64,000 nucleotides of DNA, taken from Candidatus Krumholzibacteriota bacterium. GTDB taxonomy: Bacteria; Krumholzibacteriota; Krumholzibacteriia; JAJRXK01. The notes beneath the pieces are model-generated. The model made no database searches and was not told where the DNA came from. It saw only the letters and a list, made by a program, of their open reading frames with translations. Position numbers and translations under genes: made by a program. The first letter of the stretch is position 1. Every line of letters starts with the position of its first letter. The DNA lies in assembly GCA_963764625.1 (NCBI GenBank), contig CAVXTH010000009.1, positions 832,001-896,000 of the forward strand. The letters are read 5' to 3'. Shown one piece after another: positions 10,998-20,245 of the stretch.

Positions 10998-11858
10998 ATG
11001 AGCACTCCACCGCAGCCTCTTGCGCGCGCTTCTTTCCACGAGCAACTCTGCCCACCGCTGGTGGGAATGATCCATTTGCCGCCGCTTCCGGGCGCCAGCG
11101 CGTACGCCGGGAACGGGGACCTCGCTCTCGAGCAGGCCCTGCGTGACGCGCAGGGCCTGGTGGAGTCCGGCTTCGGTGCGCTCATGGTGGAGAATTTCGG
11201 CGACGCGCCCTTTTTCGGCGCGAGAGTACCCGCGATCACCGTGGCCGCCATGACGAGAGTGGTGGAACGCCTGCGCCAGGAATGGCCCAAGGTGAAGTTG
11301 GGAGTGAATTGTCTGAGGAACGACGCCAGGGCGGCCCTGTCCATCGCCTGCGCGACGGGCGCCTGGGCCATCCGGGTCAACGTTCACACCGGAGCCACCC
11401 TCACCGACCAGGGCATTCTGCAGGGAGCCGCGGCAGAGACTCTTCGCATGCGGACACAGCTTTCCGCCTCTACCCTGATCCTCGCCGATCTGAGGGTGAA
11501 GCATGCCGCTCCTCTTGCGGCGCGGCCCTTGGCCGAGGAGGCGCTCGAGCTACGCCAGCGAGGCCGGGCCGACTGCGTGCTCATCACAGGCGGAGGAACT
11601 GGCCAGGCGGCCGATCCGGCTTTGGCCGATGAGCTGCGCGAGGTCCTGCCCGAGACGGCGATCCTCGTGGCGAGCGGCGTCAGCGCCGAAAACGCGGCTC
11701 TTTGGGCGAAGCGTGTCGACGGCGCCATCGTGGGCAGCGAGCTCATGCGGGACGGACGCGCCGGGGCCGGGGTCGACGTGGAGCGGGCCCGTCGGTTCAT
11801 GAGCGCGTGGAGCGAGGCTTCGACATCGTCTTTAGCGGGAGGAAGTGGGCAGAAATGA
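10998..11858 (+). CDS. BtpA/SgcQ family TIM-barrel protein
   Basis: 'GMIHLPPLPG', 'ENFGDAPF', 'GVN.LRND', 'DL.VKHA'. Confidence 0.9.
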   Translation: MSTPPQPLARASFHEQLCPPLVGMIHLPPLPGASAYAGNGDLALEQALRDAQGLVESGFGALMVENFGDAPFFGARVPAITVAAMTRVVERLRQEWPKVKLGVNCLRNDARAALSIACATGAWAIRVNVHTGATLTDQGILQGAAAETLRMRTQLSASTLILADLRVKHAAPLAARPLAEEALELRQRGRADCVLITGGGTGQAADPALADELREVLPETAILVASGVSAENAALWAKRVDGAIVGSELMRDGRAGAGVDVERARRFMSAWSEASTSSLAGGSGQK

Positions 11859-12586
11859 AAGGCGTCATTCTCGCCGGCGGACTGGGGACGCGGCTTCACC
11901 CCTTGACGAAGGTGACCAACAAGCACCTCCTGCCGATTTACAAGAAGCCGATGATCTACTATCCCATCGAAGCTCTGGTCGCGGCGGGAATCAGAGACAT
12001 TCTGGTCGTCACCGGTGGCAACAGCGCCGGCGACTTTCTGAAGCTGCTGGGCAACGGCAGCACATTCGGCCTTCCCGCGATCAACTACACCTACCAGGAA
12101 GGTGAGGGGGGAATTGCCGACGCGCTGCGGCTGGCGCGCTACTTTGCCGGCAGCGATCCGATCTGCGTCATCCTGGGTGACAACATCTTCGAAAAGAGCC
12201 TCCGTCCCGCGATCGAGTCCTACCATCAACGCGGAGGATCGGGCGCGCAGATCTTTCTCAAGAAAGTGAACGACCCCGGACGCTTCGGAGTTCCCGTCTT
12301 TCAAGACGAAAGGGTGGTGGGAATCGAGGAAAAGCCGAAGAAACCCCAGAGTAGCTATGCGGTGACCGGGATCTACGTGTTCGACCATCGGGTGTTCCAG
12401 ATCATCGAGACCCTGAAGCCCAGTCACCGCGGTGAGCTGGAGATCACCGATGTCAACAACGCCTACATCGAATGGGGAGAGATGCACTGGGCCGAGCTCG
12501 AGGGCTGGTGGACCGATGCCGGTACCTTCGATTCACTTCTCCACGCCAGCAAGCTGGTGGCCGAGAGCGGCGCCAACAACCCCTAG
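11855..12586 (+). CDS. rfbA: Glucose-1-phosphate thymidylyltransferase
   Basis: 'GVILAGGLGTRL.PLT...NKHLLP', 'RGELEITD', 'WTDAGT'. Confidence 0.9.
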   Translation: MKGVILAGGLGTRLHPLTKVTNKHLLPIYKKPMIYYPIEALVAAGIRDILVVTGGNSAGDFLKLLGNGSTFGLPAINYTYQEGEGGIADALRLARYFAGSDPICVILGDNIFEKSLRPAIESYHQRGGSGAQIFLKKVNDPGRFGVPVFQDERVVGIEEKPKKPQSSYAVTGIYVFDHRVFQIIETLKPSHRGELEITDVNNAYIEWGEMHWAELEGWWTDAGTFDSLLHASKLVAESGANNP

Positions 12587-12595
12587 GGTGAAGCC

Positions 12596-13606
12596 ATGAA
12601 GCTTTTCGTCACCGGGGGCGCCGGGTTCATCGGAAGCAATTTCATCCATCAGCTGCTTTCCGGTGGCTCGGAGCTGGAACTCGTCAATTTTGATGCGCTC
12701 ACCTACGCGGGGAATCTGGAGAATCTGGCCGAGCTCAAGGATGACCCGCGCTATCGTTTCGTGAAGGGAAGCATCGGCGATCCGAAGCAGGTAGCAAAGG
12801 CACTGGACGACAGCTTCGACGCGATCGTCCACTTCGCGGCCGAGAGTCACGTGGATCGCTCCATCGAGGGCGCGAGAATCTTTCTCGAAACGAACGTGCT
12901 GGGCACGCAGATCCTTCTCGAGCGCGCGAAGGAACTGGGCGGAATCCGATTCATCATGGTCTCGACCGACGAGGTCTACGGGAGCCTCGGCCCGCACGAT
13001 GATGCCTTCAATGAATCGACCTCTCTTGCCCCGAACAGTCCCTATTCAGCTTCCAAGGCTTCGGCCGATCTGCTATGCCGGGCGTATCACCACACCTTCG
13101 GACTGCCGGTCATCGTCACCCGGTGCAGCAATAATTACGGACCCTACCAGTTTCCCGAGAAGCTCATTCCGCTCATGATCTCCAATGCGCTCCAGGATGA
13201 GGCCCTCCCCGTGTACGGCGACGGGAAGAACGTGAGGGACTGGCTGTACGTGCGCGATCATTGCAGTGCCATCGAGGCGGTGCTCCGGAGGGGAGGACCT
13301 GGCGAGATCTACAACATCGGCGGCGACAGCCAGCGCGAGAACATTCAAGTCGTTCGACTCTTGCTCGAGATTCTAGGCAAGCCGGAGAGTCTCATCCGCT
13401 ACGTCGGTGACCGTTTGGGACACGACCGCCGCTACGCGATCGACGCTAGCAAGATCAAACGCGAGCTGAACTGGCGGCCACAGGTGAGCTTCGAAGATGG
13501 TCTGGCGGATACGGTGCAATGGTATCTCGATCACGGAAGGTGGCTGGACACCGTGCGCAGCGGAGAGTACCGCGCCTACTACGAGCGCATGTATTCGGGA
13601 CGTTAG
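12596..13606 (+). CDS. rfbB: dTDP-glucose 4,6-dehydratase
   Basis: 'GGAGFIG', 'AAESHVDRS', 'STDEVYG', 'YSASK', 'GHDRRYA'. Confidence 0.96.
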   Translation: MKLFVTGGAGFIGSNFIHQLLSGGSELELVNFDALTYAGNLENLAELKDDPRYRFVKGSIGDPKQVAKALDDSFDAIVHFAAESHVDRSIEGARIFLETNVLGTQILLERAKELGGIRFIMVSTDEVYGSLGPHDDAFNESTSLAPNSPYSASKASADLLCRAYHHTFGLPVIVTRCSNNYGPYQFPEKLIPLMISNALQDEALPVYGDGKNVRDWLYVRDHCSAIEAVLRRGGPGEIYNIGGDSQRENIQVVRLLLEILGKPESLIRYVGDRLGHDRRYAIDASKIKRELNWRPQVSFEDGLADTVQWYLDHGRWLDTVRSGEYRAYYERMYSGR

Positions 13607-14895
13607 CGCAGGGCGCGCTTGCGACGCGCCGCCATGAGTTCGATCCGCGAGATGGATCGTCTGGCTTCACGAGCGACCGACTCTCCGAACGCGTCGCGCT
13701 CGAGATCGAGCAGTCTTCCTTCCAGGTGCACGCGTACTCCCTCATCGCCCAGGGTTCCCAGATGGAACGCGGCCTCGCTGCGAACTCCGGCCGCGGTGTC
13801 ATAGAGAGCGCGGATCAGCTTTCCCTGCGCGCGATCTCCGAGGCTCTGGGCCAGGGCGGAGCAGGCGGAGATCCGAACCAAGGGGTCGGGATCGTCCAGG
13901 GCCTTCTCGAGGCTCACCAGGACTTCCCGCCCGCCGAGTCGTCCCAGGGCGAGGACCACTTCCTGACGGACGTCGGCGTTTTCGTCGTCCAGAAGAGCGT
14001 GGAGGCGATGCGCCGCCCTCGGATTGCCGATGGCGCCCAGGGCGTTCGCCGCCTCCTCCCGAATGATGGGATCGTGACTCTGGAGCAGACCCAAAAGTGC
14101 CATGAGGGCTCTCTGAGGATGAATCTTCCGTAGCGAGATGACCACATCCCGATGGAAAGAAGCCTCTTCGCGTCCCAGCATGTCCACCAGGCAGCGCACT
14201 GCGCTTCTGCTGCCGATCTCGCCCAGCGCGGCCACCGCGTCTCCTCGCACCGAGGCCCGCCTCTCGTGCCGGACGCAATTGATGAGCACCCGTTCCGCGC
14301 GCCGGGCCGGGTCTTTTCCCAGATCGGGCTCGAGGGCGCGATCCGCGATGCGGTGCAGGCACCGCACCAGAGAGTTGGGATGGGGGTGTGCCAGTTGCTT
14401 CACCAGAGGCCGGGCCAGATGACGCACGAATTCGCGTCCGTCGAGTCGATTCCGGTGACGCCTGAGTCCTTCGCTGGCGGCCTGGCGGACGGTCAGCTCG
14501 CCATGATCGAGGAGTTGGATCAAAAGCCGGGTGCTCTCGTCGTCGTCGACTTCGGTCAACACGCCGGTCAGCCAACGCGCGCCGTCCACATCGCGCAGAA
14601 TTTCTTCGAGGCGATACACCAGTCCGACGCACCCGCGCCGCTGGAGCAACTGAGCCGCGAGTTCCTGGGCTTCGGATTCGCGCGAGCGCCAGCTCGCGCC
14701 GAGGAATGCGTCCAGTTCGCGGTCATCCCAGGAGCAGAGCTCATCCAGCAGCGCCTCGGTCCCTTCGGAGTGCGCCAGAAGGAAATCCACGACGGCTCCG
14801 AACTCCCGGGCGGAGATCTCCTCTCCCCGTCGTTTGAACGGCCCGAGAAAACGCTGAGCGCTGCGGAGCACTCCCCTCTGTTCGAAATCGATCAT
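13603..14895 (-). CDS. HEAT/PBS-lyase repeat protein
   Basis: Repeated 'VR..A..ALG.IG' HEAT units. Confidence 0.8.
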   Translation of the reverse strand: MIDFEQRGVLRSAQRFLGPFKRRGEEISAREFGAVVDFLLAHSEGTEALLDELCSWDDRELDAFLGASWRSRESEAQELAAQLLQRRGCVGLVYRLEEILRDVDGARWLTGVLTEVDDDESTRLLIQLLDHGELTVRQAASEGLRRHRNRLDGREFVRHLARPLVKQLAHPHPNSLVRCLHRIADRALEPDLGKDPARRAERVLINCVRHERRASVRGDAVAALGEIGSRSAVRCLVDMLGREEASFHRDVVISLRKIHPQRALMALLGLLQSHDPIIREEAANALGAIGNPRAAHRLHALLDDENADVRQEVVLALGRLGGREVLVSLEKALDDPDPLVRISACSALAQSLGDRAQGKLIRALYDTAAGVRSEAAFHLGTLGDEGVRVHLEGRLLDLERDAFGESVAREARRSISRIELMAARRKRALR

Positions 14896-15072
14896 CGCGG
14901 AATCCCATTCCGTGGTGGTTTCTTGACCTGGCCGCTACGACCCGTCTAGTCTCGCAGTCGCCGGCAAAGGCCGACGCGACGAGAACTCTCCCCTAAAGAA
15001 TTCGCGGTAGGGGGGATTCTGTCAACCACCAGGCGTCAAGCCTCAGATCTCGCGAGATCGTCGAGAGCGAAA

Positions 15073-15765
15073 ATGTCAAGAAAAGACTTTCCAAACCCCT
15101 CGGTGGTATTCGGAGAAAGCCTGAGGGGGCGCGTTCGAGCGCGCGCCTTGTGGTACGATCGAGTGAGTGTCGATGAAAGCGACGGCGCCTTCGGAGAGTT
15201 GGAAGCATGCGCCGCGCAACTGCGGTCCTGCTACGCCGGCTGTACCGTGGGTCAAATCGAGGGTATCCTCCAAGCGCGCCGACTCTATCGCTCCTTCGGC
15301 ATCGATCCCACGAGCACCAGACCCTCCAGCGAGGCTCTTCTCAAACGCGCTCTGCAGGGGCGAGAACTCTACCACGTGAGTAACGTGGTCGACGCGGGGA
15401 ATCTGGCCTCACTGCGCACTCTTCTTCCCATCGGCCTCTACGACCGTGCCGCGATCGAGGGCGAGACGGCGACGATCCGTGAAGGCCGCGAAGGAGAGGA
15501 GTATCCGGGAATTCGCAAGGGCGCGGTTCACCTCACCGGCCGACTGTGCATCGCCGACGACCTCGGCCCCTTTGGATCTCCCACCAGCGATTCTCTGCGG
15601 ACTTGCGTCACCGCGAGCACTTCGTCGCTTCTGGCCATCGTCTTCGCTCCCGGTGAGTGCGAGCCAGAGCGCGTGCTCGCCACGGCGCATTCACTCACTT
15701 TCGGCTTCGAAGAGTACGCCGGGGCGCGTCTGGTGCGCGAACTGGAACTCGCTGAGGAGCTCTGA
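15073..15765 (+). CDS. Stand-alone B3/B4 (PheT editing-domain-like) protein
   Basis: 'GIDPT.TRPSSEAL.KR', 'VVD.GN..S....PIGLYD', 'GSPTSDS.RT'. Confidence 0.85.
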   Translation: MSRKDFPNPSVVFGESLRGRVRARALWYDRVSVDESDGAFGELEACAAQLRSCYAGCTVGQIEGILQARRLYRSFGIDPTSTRPSSEALLKRALQGRELYHVSNVVDAGNLASLRTLLPIGLYDRAAIEGETATIREGREGEEYPGIRKGAVHLTGRLCIADDLGPFGSPTSDSLRTCVTASTSSLLAIVFAPGECEPERVLATAHSLTFGFEEYAGARLVRELELAEEL

Positions 15766-15784
15766 GCCGCGGTCGCTGCGCCGC

Positions 15785-17110
15785 TCAATCGACCGAGCCC
15801 GGTCGCCACCGTCTCAGGACGAACTCTCTGGCGTCGTCGATCGATCGCATTCGCCCCTCGAGTTGCTGGTCTTCCACCGCGCGCAGAATGACGCCCAAGA
15901 GCGGACCCGCAGAGAATCCCATCGCGATCAGATCGCGGCCACTCAAGAGGGAAGGCGGTCGCAATCCCTCCTCGTTGAGGTGCTGCAGTTGCTGAAGACA
16001 GAAGTCGTAGAGCGACAGGTCGCCGTGGGAGGAGAGGCAATCGGCCCGGTGGAGAGCCAAATGATCCGCGAAGTTCTCCTGGCGCAGAAATCGTTTGAGA
16101 GTGGAGGGACGCATCTTCTTCACCGCGGCGAAACGCAGATGCTCGCGCACGAGAGCGACGACTCGTTCGATGGTGTCTCTGTCGCAGCGCAGACGACGCA
16201 GAATTCGCTCGGCGACTTCCATCCCCACCGGTACGTGGCGATCGAAACGGATGCGCTCTCCCTCGCTGTAGGTGAGAGGCTTCCCTACGTCGTGAAGCAA
16301 CGCTCCCCAGGCGAGAACCAAAGTCCTCGATTCGAGCGCTTCCAGAGCCATGCAGGTGTGGACGAACACGTCACCTTCGGGATGGAACTTCGCGGGCTGT
16401 TGCACTCCGATCGTGGCTTCGACTTCCGGGAGCACCACGGCCAGGATTCCACAGTAGTGGAGAATTCTCAGAGCCCGAGCCGGCCTGGGTCCCATGAGCA
16501 TCGACTCGAGTTCCGCTCGCACGCGCTCGGCGCTGATGCGCTCCAGTTTGGCTGCGTTCTCGTGGATGGCCCACCAACATTCGCTCTCGACGGTGAAATC
16601 GAGCTGCGCCGCGAAGCGCGCCGCCCGCAGGAGGCGCAGGTGGTCCTCCTGAAATCTCAGGCTCGGCTCTCCGATCGTCCGCAGCACCCTCTTCTCTAGA
16701 TCCTCCAGACCCCCCACCGGATCGATGATCTCGTTGCGCTGGGGATCAAAGTACAGACCGTTGATGGTGAAGTCGCGGCGCGCCGCGTCCGCCTCGAGGT
16801 CGGCGAATTCGACCTGTTCGGGATGGCGGCCGTCCCGATACCCGCTCTCGCGACGAAAGGTGGCAACTTGTATCGGCGTGTTCGCCTCGACCACGAGCAT
16901 GACCCCGAAGCGGGCTCCCACGGGATGGGAATGGGGAAAGAGCTCGGCAAGCTCTGAAGGAGTGGCGGAGGTCGCGAGATCGACGTCCTTCGGAGTCTGA
17001 CCCAGAACCGCGTCCCGGACCGCTCCACCCACCGCGAAGGCGCGAAAGCCGGCGTGGTGCAGCCGGGTCAGCACAGCGAGCGGAGCCGAAGGCAGGCTGA
17101 GGGTTCGCAT
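15785..17110 (-). CDS. cca: CCA tRNA nucleotidyltransferase with HD domain
   Basis: 'VGGAVRD', 'DVDLAT', 'RRDFTIN', 'EDHLRLLRAARF', 'HPEGDVFVHT', 'LLHDVGK'. Confidence 0.88.
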   Translation of the reverse strand: MRTLSLPSAPLAVLTRLHHAGFRAFAVGGAVRDAVLGQTPKDVDLATSATPSELAELFPHSHPVGARFGVMLVVEANTPIQVATFRRESGYRDGRHPEQVEFADLEADAARRDFTINGLYFDPQRNEIIDPVGGLEDLEKRVLRTIGEPSLRFQEDHLRLLRAARFAAQLDFTVESECWWAIHENAAKLERISAERVRAELESMLMGPRPARALRILHYCGILAVVLPEVEATIGVQQPAKFHPEGDVFVHTCMALEALESRTLVLAWGALLHDVGKPLTYSEGERIRFDRHVPVGMEVAERILRRLRCDRDTIERVVALVREHLRFAAVKKMRPSTLKRFLRQENFADHLALHRADCLSSHGDLSLYDFCLQQLQHLNEEGLRPPSLLSGRDLIAMGFSAGPLLGVILRAVEDQQLEGRMRSIDDAREFVLRRWRPGSVD

Positions 17111-17307
17111 GCGCCGCTTGAGAATCAATCGAAACTCCTCGGATAGGCGCCATCTAGCCTACGACGCCCCCCGGCAAAAGGCCAGAACGGCTGCGCTGGT
17201 CCCATGCGGCCAGATTAGCGTTGGACATCGGCCGCCGGCTCCACGAAACTGGGACCGGCATCGGATATTGTGATCTGATTAGCCAGTCGTGGTCTAGGGT
17301 CTAGGAG

Positions 17308-18630
17308 GTGTCCGTGAAAAAGCTGCTTGCCGCGATCGCATTCGTGGTCCTGCTCGCCCCCGTTCCACGCGTGCGGGCGGGTGGGTTCAACATCTACGAG
17401 ATGGGATCGCGCGCCACCGCTCTGGGAGGGGCGTTTACCGCCACCGCGGACGATCCCTCCGCGATTTTTTACAACCCAGCCGGCCTGGCCTTTCAGCCCG
17501 AGGGTTGGCAACTCTCCTTGAACGTCTCTCCTTTGCATCCGGAATCCAAGTTCACGAGGTCCTCGGGCGCCACGGCACTCACCTACCCCGGCGACCTCGA
17601 GAGCGGGACCGCCGGGAAGTGGTTCTTTCCCACCGGCGCGTACCTGAGTTACAAGAGGGGCGATTGGTCGGCCGGGTTCGGCGTGTTCACTCCCTTCGGC
17701 CTCGGAGTCGACTGGGATCGCAAGGACACTTTCGCCGGCCGGCCCATCTCCACCAACGCCGAGATCCAGGGCTACTATTTGAGTCCGGTCGTGAGCTACC
17801 AACCCAACCGACGCTTCGCGGTCTCATTGGGAGCGCACGCGGTGATCACTCACCTCACCCTCGAGAACATCGCCACCGCAAACCTGGGAACCGGTCTGGA
17901 CAATCTGAACATCGCCGACGTCAAGATCCAGGGCACCAGCAAGGTGGGCATGGGATTGGCGGCGGCCGCGATGTACAAGCCGACCGATGATCTGACCCTG
18001 GGCCTCAACTACAAGATGGGCGTGACCAACAAGTTCCGGGATCAAGACGCGACCGTCACGCAACGGTTCACCGGATCTCCGAGCATCGATGCGGCGGTCA
18101 CGGCGGCGTTGGGAACCAAAGCGGGAACCCAAAACGTGAGCGGGGATCTGGACTTCCCCGACCTGCTCGCCGGGGCGGTACGCTACGATTTTCAGGGGGG
18201 CTTCTCGCTGGAAGCAGATTATGTCTGGGTCGGTTGGTCGACCTTCGATGCGGTGACGCTCGAGTTCGCCGACGGCAGCAGCGAGACCCTCAAGGAGAAC
18301 TACAAGGATGCCTGGCAGATCCGCATCGGAGGAGAATACAGCTACTCCGATCAACTGCGGTTCATGGTGGGGTACTGCCACGATGAGACCCCGCAGCCCA
18401 AGGGCTCCATTTCCCCGATTCTTCCCGACGCGAACCGGAATGACTACAGCCTCGGCATCAGCTGGACCTCGGGCAGCGGGCGTTACGACCTGAACGCGGG
18501 TTACATGCTGGTGGAATTCGAGGATCGCGACACCCTGGAGGGCGGAGTGGGTCAGAATTACGATGGTCTCGACGGCGCGTACTCGAGTCGCGCCCACATC
18601 TTCACTCTCGGTTACACCCGCCGGTTCTAA
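17308..18630 (+). CDS. OmpP1/FadL family outer-membrane transporter
   Basis: Signal peptide, 'GGF.IYE.G', 'DDPSAIFYNPAG', 'PFGL', C-terminal F. Confidence 0.92.
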   Translation: MSVKKLLAAIAFVVLLAPVPRVRAGGFNIYEMGSRATALGGAFTATADDPSAIFYNPAGLAFQPEGWQLSLNVSPLHPESKFTRSSGATALTYPGDLESGTAGKWFFPTGAYLSYKRGDWSAGFGVFTPFGLGVDWDRKDTFAGRPISTNAEIQGYYLSPVVSYQPNRRFAVSLGAHAVITHLTLENIATANLGTGLDNLNIADVKIQGTSKVGMGLAAAAMYKPTDDLTLGLNYKMGVTNKFRDQDATVTQRFTGSPSIDAAVTAALGTKAGTQNVSGDLDFPDLLAGAVRYDFQGGFSLEADYVWVGWSTFDAVTLEFADGSSETLKENYKDAWQIRIGGEYSYSDQLRFMVGYCHDETPQPKGSISPILPDANRNDYSLGISWTSGSGRYDLNAGYMLVEFEDRDTLEGGVGQNYDGLDGAYSSRAHIFTLGYTRRF

Positions 18631-18641
18631 GGAGGTCCAGC

Positions 18642-20168
18642 ATGCGAACGCAGTCCATCATCCTCGCGCTGGCGGTGCTCATGGTTCTCACCGCCGGCAA
18701 TCTGTCCGGTTGCAGCGTCGATCAACCGGTTGCGCCGGACATTCCCCTCGGCAGCGCTGATCTACGCGTGGCGCGTCCTGTGGTTTCGATCGGAAACAGC
18801 CTCACCGCCGGATTCCAGAACGGTGGCTTGGCCATCACCGGACAGCTCGCGGGCTTCCCGCAGGTGCTCACCGCGCTGGTGGGCGGGCCGCGGATTTCCG
18901 CTCAGTTGCCGGTGTACATGCAGTTGCCGCTGGTCGGTACGGGGAACCCCGTGCAACAGACGGGCATCGGCAGCACGCCGGGGATGAGCTCCCTGTATGT
19001 GGATGGAGCAACCGGCGCGATCACCAGGGATTCGCTGACCGTCGATCCTTCGACTCTTCTGCTCAATGCGAGCTATCCCTTGCCCTACGACAATCTGGGA
19101 GTGCCCGGGGCAACCACGGCCGACGCGTACACCGCGCTCGACGCGGCCAGCAGTCAGGCGGGCAACAACTCGTTCTTCGATCTCATTCTGCGCAATTCCG
19201 CTCTGCCTCCTTTCGACACCACGCAGCTCGACCAGCTCGAGGCGCACTTCACGCGGGAGACGATCGTGGGACAGGACCCCGGCAGCGGCGCGCCGATCAA
19301 CGGCGTGAACGTGCCGAAGATCATCACCCTCTGGATCGGCAACAACGACATCCTGGGTGGCGTGCTCACCGGTAATCCGGTGGTGGGGGTGAATGTGACG
19401 CCCTCGAGCGTGTGGGAGGGAATGTACTCGAGCATCCTCGACCGGGTGGCCGCCTTCGCGCCCGACGCCCAGGTCGCGCTGGCCAATCTCCAGACCACGC
19501 TGCCCTACTTCAGCACGGTGCCTCTCGGGACCGACGTGCCCAACGTGGGCTTCGTACCCTGGACCACCGACGAAACCGACGTGGTGTTCGTGTTGCTTCC
19601 GGCGGCGAGTGAACTGAATCCGCCGCTGGGGCCCGACTATTTGCCGGGAGGCACCGCGAGCATTCCCGCCGAATACACCATCAGCCAAAGCGAATGGGAC
19701 GCGGTAAAGGCTCAGCTCGATGCCTACAACCAGATCATCGCCGATCAGGCGCTGGCGCGTGGGTGGGCCCTGGTGGACGCCGATGCGAATATGCTGGCGC
19801 TGCCTCGTGACCCTTACGCTCCGGCCACCTACGCCTCGCTCAACGGGGTCTTTCCCTGGCTCGACATGACCGGGGACGGGATTCCCGAGCAGAACGTGAA
19901 CAGCGCCTTCACCCTCGACGGCATCCATCCCAGCGAGAAGGGCTACAGCGCGATCGCCGAGTGGTTCGCGATGGCCCTGAACGCCACCTACGGGACGAGC
20001 TACACCGAGACAGCTCCCCCGGTCGACAACCTTGCCGGCTTCGAACAGGTTCAAGCCGCCGGCAAGCAGGCCACACGCGCCTCCAAAGCGACTCTGGGGG
20101 TTTCCTTCACCAGGGCGGGAGCGGCCGGTCTCGATGCGGCGGCTCGCCTGATGGGGGAGGGTCGCTGA
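18642..20168 (+). CDS. SGNH/GDSL hydrolase lipoprotein
   Basis: Lipobox LSGC, 'IGNSLTAG', 'NLGVPGA', 'WIGNND', 'DGIHP'. Confidence 0.88.
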   Translation: MRTQSIILALAVLMVLTAGNLSGCSVDQPVAPDIPLGSADLRVARPVVSIGNSLTAGFQNGGLAITGQLAGFPQVLTALVGGPRISAQLPVYMQLPLVGTGNPVQQTGIGSTPGMSSLYVDGATGAITRDSLTVDPSTLLLNASYPLPYDNLGVPGATTADAYTALDAASSQAGNNSFFDLILRNSALPPFDTTQLDQLEAHFTRETIVGQDPGSGAPINGVNVPKIITLWIGNNDILGGVLTGNPVVGVNVTPSSVWEGMYSSILDRVAAFAPDAQVALANLQTTLPYFSTVPLGTDVPNVGFVPWTTDETDVVFVLLPAASELNPPLGPDYLPGGTASIPAEYTISQSEWDAVKAQLDAYNQIIADQALARGWALVDADANMLALPRDPYAPATYASLNGVFPWLDMTGDGIPEQNVNSAFTLDGIHPSEKGYSAIAEWFAMALNATYGTSYTETAPPVDNLAGFEQVQAAGKQATRASKATLGVSFTRAGAAGLDAAARLMGEGR

Positions 20169-20195
20169 GACCGCAATCCTGAACGCAGACACAAG

Positions 20196-20229
20196 AAGGC
20201 TCCTCCCTTAAGGGAGGAGCCTTTTCCTT
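20196..20229. terminator. Probable bidirectional intrinsic terminator
   Basis: AAGGCTCCTCCC-TTAA-GGGAGGAGCCTT stem plus T-rich tail, between convergent genes. Confidence 0.85.
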
Positions 20230-20245
20230 CGAGTACGCGTCGACC

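Noticed and set aside
13603-14895. HEAT protein or AAA_28 ATPase as anti-phage defence genes
   Set aside because: No nuclease or effector domains, and no defence-island context.
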